A program made the position numbers and the translations under genes. The notes beneath the pieces are model-generated. The model was given only the letters and a program-made list of their open reading frames with translations, searched no databases and was not told the DNA's origin. A stretch of 64,000 nucleotides of DNA from Spirochaetia bacterium (lineage in GTDB: Bacteria; Spirochaetota; Spirochaetia; UBA9216), in NCBI GenBank assembly GCA_965140585.1, contig OZ223272.1, forward strand, positions 192,001 to 256,000, read 5' to 3'. Shown in pieces: positions 30,960 to 39,735 of this stretch. The stretch's first letter is position 1, and the number at the start of each line of letters is the position of its first letter.

Positions 30960-32324
30960 TATTGAAAAGTCCAGTCTCTGGCAGAGCGGGTACCAGTATA
31001 GGAACTCTGGAAGTGCAGCATCCTCAAAATCCCTGAAAATCTCCCGCCACTTATCATCATCAAGAGTCGTATTCATAGGCTCGATGTATTTGCTGTAGTA
31101 CTCATCATAGTTTTCATACTGATCAATGTGGTTGTAGGTAATCATCAAAGTTTCCGATGTATAGTTCCAGAGTAATTTCTACATCGGCAAGGTTCCTCTT
31201 CATAACTTCACCAGGGCATTACTGAGAATTGTATAGATATCAGCCTCAACAGCCTGTCTTATTTTGAGACCTTTAAGAGCCTTGCTGTAACCATTAAAAC
31301 CAATCAGGAATGCATTTTCCTGCAGAGCAGAATAAACCTTGAAATCATCACCATTCTGAACATTTTTAACATCGGTTCCGATAGGTGCATAATGGAAGAA
31401 TACTGCTGCAAGAGCAATAGCAACAAACAGCTTAACAGTTAAACCGGACTTTTTGTTCTGCAGACATCTGTCGCGTAAGCACATCTTGCAGCAAACCGAC
31501 ATCCAGGAGGGGGATTAATAAAGGAACGGCCGAGAGCAGAGCCTGGGTATACGGATGTACCGGATTTTTGAAAAACTCTTCATTATCAGCATATTCAACG
31601 GTCTGCCCCAGATACATGACCATAATGTTATCTGATATTTCCTTCCTGGTACAGCTTTTAGCAATAACCAGAGGCTCAGAGATTATCTGATAGACTGTCA
31701 TTCCGGGATTCACCGATAAATACGGATCCTGAAAGATGATCTGCATCTCCCTGCGTAGCTTACTCAGCTCTTTTCTTGATACCTTTGTAATATCATTGTC
31801 GCGGTATAAGAGTTCACCGTCGGCATTCTCAAGCAGATGAATGAGAACCCTACCAAGCATAGATTTACCGCAGCCTGATTCACCTACAACACCAAGGGGT
31901 TCCCCTGTCTTGATTGAGAAGCTGACATTATCGACAGCATGAAGATAGCCGTTTCTTGTTTCAAAATATTTCTTTAAGTTCTTTATTTCGCTCAAATTAC
32001 TCATCTGCAATCCTTTCCTTTTGGGCACAATAAACAGCGAACAAAATGACCGTCCGATATTTCTACAAGTTCCGGTTCTGTATGAGATTCTGAAATCTCC
32101 TTCAGAAATTAATCCTTTCATATACTTTACGTACTGGTAGTAAATAGGCTTATCCAGATCATATTTAGCATTCCATTATGCTCTCTGTTCATCACTGGCT
32201 GTTACATCAAGTACAACATCAGCAGGGTCACCGAGTGAAAAAACTACAGTGCAAAAACAATAGCGGAAACACCTAAAAGGACAGGGATCATCATTAAAAT
32301 ACGTTTGATTATGTATTGAAGCAA
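30960..32324 (-). pseudogene. Collapsed dipeptide/oligopeptide ABC operon (fragments of dppB, dppD, dppF and a substrate-binding protein)
   Basis: LQYIIKRILMMIPVLLGVSAIVF...GDPA...DLDKPIYYQYVKYM..GDF.ISYRTG (DppB, with stops and a frameshift); LVEISDGHFVRC (DppD C-terminus); AVDNVSF..GESGCGKS..QIIFQDP joined to SDNIMVMYLG..HPYTQALLSAVP (internally deleted DppF); LIGFN...KIRQAV (family-5 SBP-like fragment). Confidence 0.78.
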
Positions 32325-32476
32325 TTGGCATTCACCTTGCACAAACTATTATTCGAGCTGAAAAAAATTGATCTTTTTAGCAGTTATGAGATCCATATTA
32401 TAGTCAAACTTTTCATTTTGATTATTTATGAGCATAATTTGCTATTCTGCCTTAAAAAGGCAAAAAAATCAGCAAA

Positions 32477-33352
32477 CTAATCTATATCCGAACTTTCACT
32501 GATTAGTAGGGAGAATAATATCAGAATAAATCCGATAATTGCCTGAAATGAGAAACGTTCATGAAGAAAAATCGCCGACAGGACAAGAGCAAAAACTGAT
32601 TCAAATGAATACAGGATTGATGCCCTGGAGGCTTCCAGATATTTCATTGCCACGTTTGAAAGCAGATGGCAGACAAGGGAACCAAGCACAATAATATAGA
32701 GCATCTGGGAGATCTCATATGCTCCCCACTGAATCGAAGGTGCTGACTCAAAACCAAGAAATACTAATAGTGAGAATACTCCGGCTGCAAACATTTCATA
32801 AAACGTCAGGTTAATAGGAACATAGATTTTTGAATAATGATCAAAGCCGATGATTCCGCCGGCATAGAAGACGGCAGCACCGAGAGTAAGGATATCGCCG
32901 GGGTTAAATTTGAGACCGTTCTCGAGGGATATAAACGCAACCCCGACTATACAGACAAGAGCACTTATAAAAGCTCTGACGCCCGGACTCTTTCCTTTCA
33001 AAATCCAAACTGCAAAGGGGACGATCACAACATAAACCGATGTGAGAAAACCTGATTTACTTGCAGTTGTATATTGAATACCTATAGTCTGCAGGGCGAA
33101 ACCGCCGAAGAGGAAAACACCGAGAATAATTCCTGCCTTTATTTCCTGAATACTGGTCTTAATAATTGATTTTCTGAAAATTAAAAAAAGAATAACACTG
33201 GCCGACAGAAAACGGACAGCGTTAATCCAGTTCGGAGGCAGATATGCAACAGCATCCTTTACAACAACATACTCTCCGCCCCATAAAAAAGCAGAGATAA
33301 GAAGAAATATTTCAGCCTTGCGGCCGCTTTTATTAAGTTTGAGAACGCCCAT
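32477..33352 (-). CDS. EamA/DMT-family transporter
   Basis: About 10 TM segments; LWG...VVK, QTIGIQYTTASKSGFLT, GDILTL and FESVFA motifs. Confidence 0.9.
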   Translation of the reverse strand: MGVLKLNKSGRKAEIFLLISAFLWGGEYVVVKDAVAYLPPNWINAVRFLSASVILFLIFRKSIIKTSIQEIKAGIILGVFLFGGFALQTIGIQYTTASKSGFLTSVYVVIVPFAVWILKGKSPGVRAFISALVCIVGVAFISLENGLKFNPGDILTLGAAVFYAGGIIGFDHYSKIYVPINLTFYEMFAAGVFSLLVFLGFESAPSIQWGAYEISQMLYIIVLGSLVCHLLSNVAMKYLEASRASILYSFESVFALVLSAIFLHERFSFQAIIGFILILFSLLISESSDID

Positions 33353-35021
33353 AATGAATTTTAAGCCTCCATTGAAGTATCAGATTAGTCAGAGTCATCA
33401 CAAGCCAGTACAGCTGAACTCCGGAGGGCATATTGTAAATAACAAGGAACATGAGAACCGGAATAACATAGGACATAATATGCATGCTTCCCACAGAATC
33501 CTGGGGAGCCTGAATATATCTTGACTGAATTATTGAAATACCAAGTATTATTAAGGGAAGAATTCTTAATTTTGTCCAGCCCGCTACAGGAATTGTAAAA
33601 GGTGAAAAATTCCAAATATATTCGGGAATGGAGATATCGGGAATCCAACCCGGAATGAAGACAGCAGATCTGAAATCGATGTCGGTCAGAAGAAGTATAT
33701 ACAGAAGAATAAAAACCGGAAGATGAATTATCATAGGCAGAAAACTGGAGCGCGGTTTTACATCGTTTTTTTCAAAAAGCGCCAGAACTTCCTGATTCAT
33801 CTTTTCGGTATTCCATTGAAACTGCTTCTTTAATTCCGATATTTTCGGACCAAGAAGCTGCATTCGTATCGCATTTCCATATGTACGTCGTGATAGTGGA
33901 AATATCGCAGCCTGTACCGCAAGGACAAGTATAATTATTCCAATGCCATAATTGGGAATGATTCTGTATAGGAGATTCAGAATCACATGGACAATACCCG
34001 AAAGTATATCGGTAAACGAATCACTGCCGGAAAGAAGCTTCAGATTTAGATCTGCGGTACTGATTCCTCCGCTTTCATAACTATCGTATCCCGAGAGCAC
34101 TGCTGAATCCTTCGGCCCATAATATACGAGATATGTATCATCGACAGAACCTCCGTCACCCCTTCTCTGAATATAAAAACTGTTCTGCTTAACAAGACCG
34201 TCAAGCGAACTGTCCACCCAGATCGCTGAATAACCAAGGCTGACAGGCGCTACAACACCTGCAAAATACCGGCCCTCTACGCCCATCCATTTAAAACTTC
34301 CTTCAAGTTCAAGATATTCCTTGGTTTCGGGAACAGCGAGATTCTTCTTTTCACCCTCGCTTTCCAGACAGAAATACCGGTAAACATAACTTCGTTCAGT
34401 TTCCTGAAACCCGGGCCCCAGCTGCGGACCGAATCCCAAACTGTAAATATTACCGGCTGAATCCTGCGGTAATGAATAGTCCTGTTCAGGATTAATTTTA
34501 AGATTGAATCGGAACATATAATCAGAATCATCAAAATAATAGTTCAGGACAACCCGGAATCGCTCAGAATCAGATATATAATCAGTGTAAAAGGAGACCC
34601 CGTCCTCAAGTTCCTTTACTCTATACGGGCCGTTTAATTCATACCCTTCAAAACCGCCGGCTGAAAGCCTGAAAGGATAGAGACCGCTTTCATCTGAATA
34701 AACCAGATCTGTCGGTTTTCCGTCCGGTTCTTCATAATCCTTTAAAAGCAGCGAATGAAGGGTTCCGTCATTGAGATTAAAGACAGCAGTCAGCAGGTCT
34801 GTTTCGTAACTGTAGTAGCCTGATTTTTTCGGGGAGACCGATTTATAAAAACTGTTTTTATCAGACGGATGCTCTTCAGCAGTTTCAACTAATGCAGCAG
34901 GAGACGGTTCAACATCAGATTGGGATTCCCTATCGGGAAGAAAGAAAGTGTTGTAGATGTATACCGTGATAAAAATGACGGCAATGCTTAGAATGCCGGT
35001 AAGCCATATTCTTCTGTTCAT
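33333..35021 (-). CDS. yidC: Membrane protein insertase YidC paralogue (divergent)
   Basis: N-terminal TM, periplasmic domain (LLLKDY, WMGVEGRYFA, YYGPK), NYGIGII, MQLLGPKISELK, WIPDISIPE and PSGVQLYW. Confidence 0.88.
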   Translation of the reverse strand: MNRRIWLTGILSIAVIFITVYIYNTFFLPDRESQSDVEPSPAALVETAEEHPSDKNSFYKSVSPKKSGYYSYETDLLTAVFNLNDGTLHSLLLKDYEEPDGKPTDLVYSDESGLYPFRLSAGGFEGYELNGPYRVKELEDGVSFYTDYISDSERFRVVLNYYFDDSDYMFRFNLKINPEQDYSLPQDSAGNIYSLGFGPQLGPGFQETERSYVYRYFCLESEGEKKNLAVPETKEYLELEGSFKWMGVEGRYFAGVVAPVSLGYSAIWVDSSLDGLVKQNSFYIQRRGDGGSVDDTYLVYYGPKDSAVLSGYDSYESGGISTADLNLKLLSGSDSFTDILSGIVHVILNLLYRIIPNYGIGIIILVLAVQAAIFPLSRRTYGNAIRMQLLGPKISELKKQFQWNTEKMNQEVLALFEKNDVKPRSSFLPMIIHLPVFILLYILLLTDIDFRSAVFIPGWIPDISIPEYIWNFSPFTIPVAGWTKLRILPLIILGISIIQSRYIQAPQDSVGSMHIMSYVIPVLMFLVIYNMPSGVQLYWLVMTLTNLILQWRLKIHYGRSQT

Positions 35022-35028
35022 TAATTGT

Positions 35029-35232
35029 TCAGCCTCCGCACAGAGTGTTTATAACCTCTATTTCAGCCTCGTCAGGGATACAAAAACCGTCCCGTTCCGC
35101 TTTAGCAACATTAACGCCGTTTACCCTGACAATTACCCGTGGATTGCTGATTGTATAACCAATAGCAGAATATATTTCTGAAAACAAAATATTTGCCTTC
35201 CATTCTACCGGTTTTCCATTGACAATAAGCAC
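35029..35232 (-). CDS. ThiS/MoaD-family sulfur carrier protein
   Basis: Short beta-grasp protein, IVNG...VRVNG...EIEVINTLCGG with a C-terminal GG; GTG start at 35232 after a GGGGG RBS (ORF track starts at 35247). Confidence 0.85.
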   Translation of the reverse strand: MLIVNGKPVEWKANILFSEIYSAIGYTISNPRVIVRVNGVNVAKAERDGFCIPDEAEIEVINTLCGG

Positions 35233-35365
35233 ACTAATCCCCCGCAAATAATGCTGTATCTATTTATACCATAGATTTATACATTTTCTCTGATTTCAAA
35301 CTGATATTGCTCTGAAATGACGAAAAACAGAATTGCAAAGATGATAAGTTGATTTATAATAAATC

Positions 35366-35468
35366 ATACTCCGAGCTGACCTTCCTGCAGGGCGAATCTC
35401 AGTCTATGGAAGCAGGCCGCCAGGGTTGAACCGGAAACAGTTCAGCCTTCCAATCTTGAGAAGGAGAA
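35366..35468 (+). ncRNA. Molybdenum/tungsten cofactor (Moco/Wco) riboswitch-like motif
   Basis: 5' CTCCGAGC...CTATGG...CCAGGGTTGAAC-cGGAAAca-GTTCAGCCTTCC-AATCTTGAGAAGGAG 3' follows the Moco RNA motif layout (CTCC/GGAG closing stem, GAAA-loop stem, CCUYCC...AAGGAG); lies directly upstream of an AOR operon. Confidence 0.78.
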
Positions 35469-35487
35469 TATCATTTAAGGAGGGGTT

Positions 35488-35895
35488 ATGCCCTTAAAAT
35501 TCGATCTTTCAGGGTGTACCGGCTGTAAACTCTGTCAGCTCGCCTGCTCGGCCGGACATTACGGAGTATTCAATCCGGAAAAAGCAAGATTAAAGATGAT
35601 CCATGAATACAATGATGACGGTATTAAAATAGCATCCAAACATTGTATTATGTGCCGTAAATGCGAAAAAGTCTGTCCTGAAAATGCAATTACAAGCAAC
35701 GGTCAGTGGATCATAGTGGATGAAGCCAAATGTATCGGCTGCGGAACCTGTGTAAGAAACTGTCCTACAAAGATAATCTTTTTAGATGAAAAAAAATCAG
35801 TAATCTGTGATCTCTGCGGAGGAGAACCCGCCTGCATAGAGTGGTGTCCTAAAGGCGTAATATCACTCAAAGAAAAGAAGGGGGCTTCAGCATGA
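35488..35895 (+). CDS. 4Fe-4S dicluster (polyferredoxin) electron-transfer subunit of AOR
   Basis: Four Cys clusters: CTGCKLCQLAC, CIMCRKCEKVCP, CIGCGTCVRNCP and CDLC..EPACIEWCP. Confidence 0.92.
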   Translation: MPLKFDLSGCTGCKLCQLACSAGHYGVFNPEKARLKMIHEYNDDGIKIASKHCIMCRKCEKVCPENAITSNGQWIIVDEAKCIGCGTCVRNCPTKIIFLDEKKSVICDLCGGEPACIEWCPKGVISLKEKKGASA

Positions 35896-37691
35896 ACAGT
35901 CTGATGGGAAAAATGCTGAATGTAGACTTATCAGCAGGTAAGATTGTAGCAGCAGACACACCGAAAGAATGGGTAGAACTGTATACCGGACAGAAAGGAC
36001 TTGCATCAAGAATCCTAATGGAAGGTTTTGATCCTAAAATTGATGCTTTTTCAGAAGAAAACAAGGTCGTACTTGCCAGCTCAATAATGGGCGGAACCAT
36101 TGTCTCATGCTCTTCAAAGCTGGCAATGGCTACGAAATCTCCCCTTACCGGGACAATATCCGACGGATCTGTGGGCGGCCATACCGGTGCCGAGCTTAAA
36201 TATTCCGGTTATGACGCGGTAAGTATTACCGGCAAGGCAGAGAAGCTGTCCTATCTTTATATAACCGATAAAAAGACAGAGCTCAGAGATGCAGCAGCGC
36301 TCAAGGGGCTCGGCTGCTTTGAAACCGACAAGATTATAAAGGAAGAGATCGGCGATGATGAATTAAAGATTCTGGCAATCGGTCCTGCCGGTGAGAATCT
36401 AGTACTTTATTCCTGCGTTTCATCTGAAAAATACCGCCAGCTTGGACGCGGTGGAATGGCTGCTGTTATGGGAAGTAAAAATCTCAAAGCAATCGTAATT
36501 CGCGGTAAAAAGGGTGTCGGGGCAGCGGACATGAAAGGTCTTCTTGATTATACAAAGGAAGTAATTGTCAGAGATGAGGTTATTTCTGCTGATAATGAAA
36601 TATATGACCTTGGAACAACCTGTCTTGTAGACTACAGCCAGGAATCGGGACTTCTGCCGACCAGAAACTTCCAGGAAGGAAGATTCGAAGATTCAGATAA
36701 AATCAACGGACAGTCATTCAAGGATGTCCGTAAAAATAAAAAAGCATGCTTTTCATGCGGCATTGCCTGCGGAAACTATGTGGTTGACGGCCGGGCATCG
36801 GTTGAAGGTCCTGAATATGAAAGTATCGCAATCGGCGGTTCTTCACTCGGGATTGGAAAAAGGGAAAAGGTAATCGAGTTTAACTCTGTCTGTGATGATC
36901 TTGGTCTGGATACCATTTCTGCCGGAGGAACCATAGCCTACATGATGGAAGCCACTGAAAAAGGTATCCATGATTTCGGAATCCGTTTCGGAGAGGCAGA
37001 CAAGGCAATTGAAATGCTTGGCACAATAGCGCACAGAAAAGGCCTTGGTGATGAGGCAGCGTCAGGCTCAAAGGCTCTTGCAAAAAAATACGGCGGAGAA
37101 GAGTTCGCAATGCAGGTTAAAGGAATGGAGCTTCCCGGTTATGATCCGCGCGGCTCATGGGCCATGGGAATTGCATATGTAACCGCCCCCCGTGGCGGCT
37201 GCCACATGTCAGCCTACCCCATCGCGCTCGAAGCCTGGGGCGAGCTTGACCCATTTACCTTTGAGGGAAAGGGCAAACTTGTGGCCGACATGCAGAACTC
37301 ACAGTTCTGTAAATTCTCCATGGGAGTATGCGACTTCTGGCCCATTGAAGACGACACTCTGGGCAGACTTTTCGAGCTCAGCTACGGCGGTGAATGGCCG
37401 GCCGACAAGGTGTACAAAACCGGCGAACGTGTATTCAATCTGCAGAGAATGTTTAACATAATGGCCGGCTTCGACCGGACCGAGGACAGGCTTCCCGAAA
37501 GGTTCCATAAGGAACTGCTGAAGGCCGGCCCTCCCAAGGATATCGCCTACACATCCGAAGCATTCAACAAAGCGATGGACGAGTACTATGAATACCGGGG
37601 ATGGGATGAAAGAGGCCGACCGACAGTTGAAAAGCTTGAGGAACTCGGTATTGAAAATGAATTTATTGAAGCTTATAAAGCTGCTTTATGA
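35892..37691 (+). CDS. aor: Aldehyde:ferredoxin oxidoreductase family (tungstopterin) protein
   Basis: KSPLTG, IGPAGENLV, GRGGMAAVMGSKNLKA, CFSCGIAC, GPEYE, DDLGLDTIS, VKGMELPGYDPR, RGGCH and EYYEYRGWD. Confidence 0.93.
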   Translation: MNSLMGKMLNVDLSAGKIVAADTPKEWVELYTGQKGLASRILMEGFDPKIDAFSEENKVVLASSIMGGTIVSCSSKLAMATKSPLTGTISDGSVGGHTGAELKYSGYDAVSITGKAEKLSYLYITDKKTELRDAAALKGLGCFETDKIIKEEIGDDELKILAIGPAGENLVLYSCVSSEKYRQLGRGGMAAVMGSKNLKAIVIRGKKGVGAADMKGLLDYTKEVIVRDEVISADNEIYDLGTTCLVDYSQESGLLPTRNFQEGRFEDSDKINGQSFKDVRKNKKACFSCGIACGNYVVDGRASVEGPEYESIAIGGSSLGIGKREKVIEFNSVCDDLGLDTISAGGTIAYMMEATEKGIHDFGIRFGEADKAIEMLGTIAHRKGLGDEAASGSKALAKKYGGEEFAMQVKGMELPGYDPRGSWAMGIAYVTAPRGGCHMSAYPIALEAWGELDPFTFEGKGKLVADMQNSQFCKFSMGVCDFWPIEDDTLGRLFELSYGGEWPADKVYKTGERVFNLQRMFNIMAGFDRTEDRLPERFHKELLKAGPPKDIAYTSEAFNKAMDEYYEYRGWDERGRPTVEKLEELGIENEFIEAYKAAL

Positions 37692-37714
37692 TAGAAGAAA
37701 ACAAATATTATAAC

Positions 37715-37749
37715 CTCTGCTGTATCGTTTGATGCGGCAGAGTTTTTTT
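37715..37749 (+). terminator. Intrinsic terminator
   Basis: CTCTGCTGTATC-gttt-GATGCGGCAGAG-TTTTTTT. Confidence 0.85.
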
Positions 37750-37800
37750 GTTTCAAATCTTTTGTTTTTAATTCCGTTAATGAGATCCGTATAAATTCAC

Positions 37801-38883
37801 CTATAATACTCTGGGAGCTTCAATTCCCTTTTCCTTACCATAAGAACAGACAGATTCCCATACACCATTAGTCAGGGGAATCCCTTCATCTTCGGCTCTG
37901 ATTTCATTTAATTTTTCTTTGAGCCCGGCATAATAAACTCTTTCTGCACCCTCAGCAGGTTTTGCGGTACGAATGGAATGAAGCATGCTATCCATATCAA
38001 TTTTAAATTCCACCAAGTCTCTGAACATATCAATTCTTATCGCACCAAAAAAGTGTGTTACACGGGCAGAGGTTTCTTCAGTATCAGCTACATTTATTCC
38101 GAAGTCTCCGCCCGACAGAAGTGCTGTGAAAATATCAACCATTACAGCCAGCCCGAACCCCTTATGACCTCCGAAAGTCTCACCCTCCCCTCCAAGCGGA
38201 AGCAAACCACCTCCAGTTCTATCCAGCATCCCTGAAAGCAGACTTGCCGGATCTGTTGCTGTTAAACCAAGTTGATTTACAGCCCAACCGGCAGGGAGTT
38301 CTTTATTTTCCCGATCATAAACTTCAACCTTTCCACGCGGAATTGCAGTGGTTGACATATCAAGAACAAAGGCATGTTCATTCCCTGCCGGGACAGCTAT
38401 TGAAATAGGGTTAGTTCCAAACATAACGTCTCTTCCGAAGGTTGGAACTCCCAAGGCAGCAGTATTTGTCATGCAGATACCGATCATATCTTTCTCAAGA
38501 GCCATCATCGAATAATATCCTGCAATTCCAAAATGGTTGGAATCCCGCACTGATGCAAAGGCGGATCCCTGCTTTTCAGCTTTTTTAAGAACTTCCTTCA
38601 TAGCACTAAAACTTACCGGTGCGCCCATTGCACCTCCGGCATCGTAAACAATTGAAGATGGTGTTTCCCGCAATACTGAAGGTATCACTGATGGAAGCAT
38701 TATCCCGTGCTCTATACCGTTAAGATACCGCCAGAGACGGGCAACCCCATGGGAAGGAATCCCCCTTGCATCAGCCGTTGTTAGAACATCCGCTGTGATT
38801 TCAGCATGCTCTAAGGAAAGATCGTATGATTGAAAAATCTGAGCGACATAATGCCTTAATTCTGTTCTGTTTATTTTTACCAT
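37801..38883 (-). CDS. Ldh_2 family (type-2 malate/L-lactate/sulfolactate-like) dehydrogenase
   Basis: ADARGIPSHGVARL, SNHFGIAGYY, FGTNPI, LDMSTT and GHKGFGL motifs. Confidence 0.92.
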   Translation of the reverse strand: MVKINRTELRHYVAQIFQSYDLSLEHAEITADVLTTADARGIPSHGVARLWRYLNGIEHGIMLPSVIPSVLRETPSSIVYDAGGAMGAPVSFSAMKEVLKKAEKQGSAFASVRDSNHFGIAGYYSMMALEKDMIGICMTNTAALGVPTFGRDVMFGTNPISIAVPAGNEHAFVLDMSTTAIPRGKVEVYDRENKELPAGWAVNQLGLTATDPASLLSGMLDRTGGGLLPLGGEGETFGGHKGFGLAVMVDIFTALLSGGDFGINVADTEETSARVTHFFGAIRIDMFRDLVEFKIDMDSMLHSIRTAKPAEGAERVYYAGLKEKLNEIRAEDEGIPLTNGVWESVCSYGKEKGIEAPRVL

Positions 38884-38924
38884 ATTTCTGACTCTTCCCC
38901 ATAAATTTTAAAAAGTTTAAGATA

Positions 38925-39635
38925 CTAATTGAGTTTGATCGAGTTCATACTTTCCAGGAGATGCAGTCTCATAACCTTTGCAGCTTCAAGGCTGTTTCCT
39001 TCTTTTAAGTATTTTAAAATATCATGATGTTCATTTATTGTATTCTCGATCCTTAAAGCGGCAATTTCTGAATTTCCTTCATCATAGCTCCTCCACAATT
39101 CTATAAGTTGTCGAGTGATAAATGAGTAAAGAGAGATTAACACCGGACTTTTTGAATACCGAATTATTTCGAGATGAAAAAAAATATCATCTTCTACGGC
39201 TCTTATACTTTCTTTTGAATTTGCACAGAAGAGTTCATTAGCATGCAGTATTGAATTCAGTTCATCATCATTAATTCTTTCTGCTGCAAGCTCAACCGCT
39301 CTTGTTTCAAGCAGAATTCTTGTATCCATTAATGATACCGGATCGATAATTTCTCTGATATCAAGAATGTTTTCAATCAATCCGATAATGATCCTGGAAT
39401 CTATTTCTGCAATGAATGTCCCGTTTTGAGGTTTTGTTTCGAGAACCCCATACAATTCAAGTTTTTTAAAAGCAGCTTTTATTTGCTGTTTGGCCACACC
39501 AAGGCTCTTCTGAAGACTCAGCTCTGAAGGTAGCTGCTCTCCGGGTTCAAGCTGTCCAGTCTTAACTAGCTCAAGTATCTGCTTGATTATTAAATCAGGA
39601 ATTTGCGGAATTTCTATTTTATCAAATTTGGACAT
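38925..39635 (-). CDS. GntR/FadR-family transcriptional regulator
   Basis: PGEQLPSE wHTH and FCD domain (DIFFH, EHHDI). Confidence 0.9.
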   Translation of the reverse strand: MSKFDKIEIPQIPDLIIKQILELVKTGQLEPGEQLPSELSLQKSLGVAKQQIKAAFKKLELYGVLETKPQNGTFIAEIDSRIIIGLIENILDIREIIDPVSLMDTRILLETRAVELAAERINDDELNSILHANELFCANSKESIRAVEDDIFFHLEIIRYSKSPVLISLYSFITRQLIELWRSYDEGNSEIAALRIENTINEHHDILKYLKEGNSLEAAKVMRLHLLESMNSIKLN

Positions 39636-39735
39636 ACGACCTCTGCATAGTTACTAATCGACTAATCTATTAGCTACTATAATCTAACGATCATCCCATA
39701 ATTTGTCAAGTTCGGGAATTAATAGATAGAATTTT

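Noticed and set aside
30843-32121. ORFs 30843..31148, 31200..31502 and 31432..32121 as independent novel genes
   Set aside because: They are chimeric read-throughs of dpp operon remnants; one runs through the terminator into the convergent gene.
39648-39679. Possible FadR operator (TAGTTACTAAT...ATTAGCTACTA) upstream of the 38925..39635 regulator
   Set aside because: Imperfect, single instance in AT-rich DNA; not enough support.
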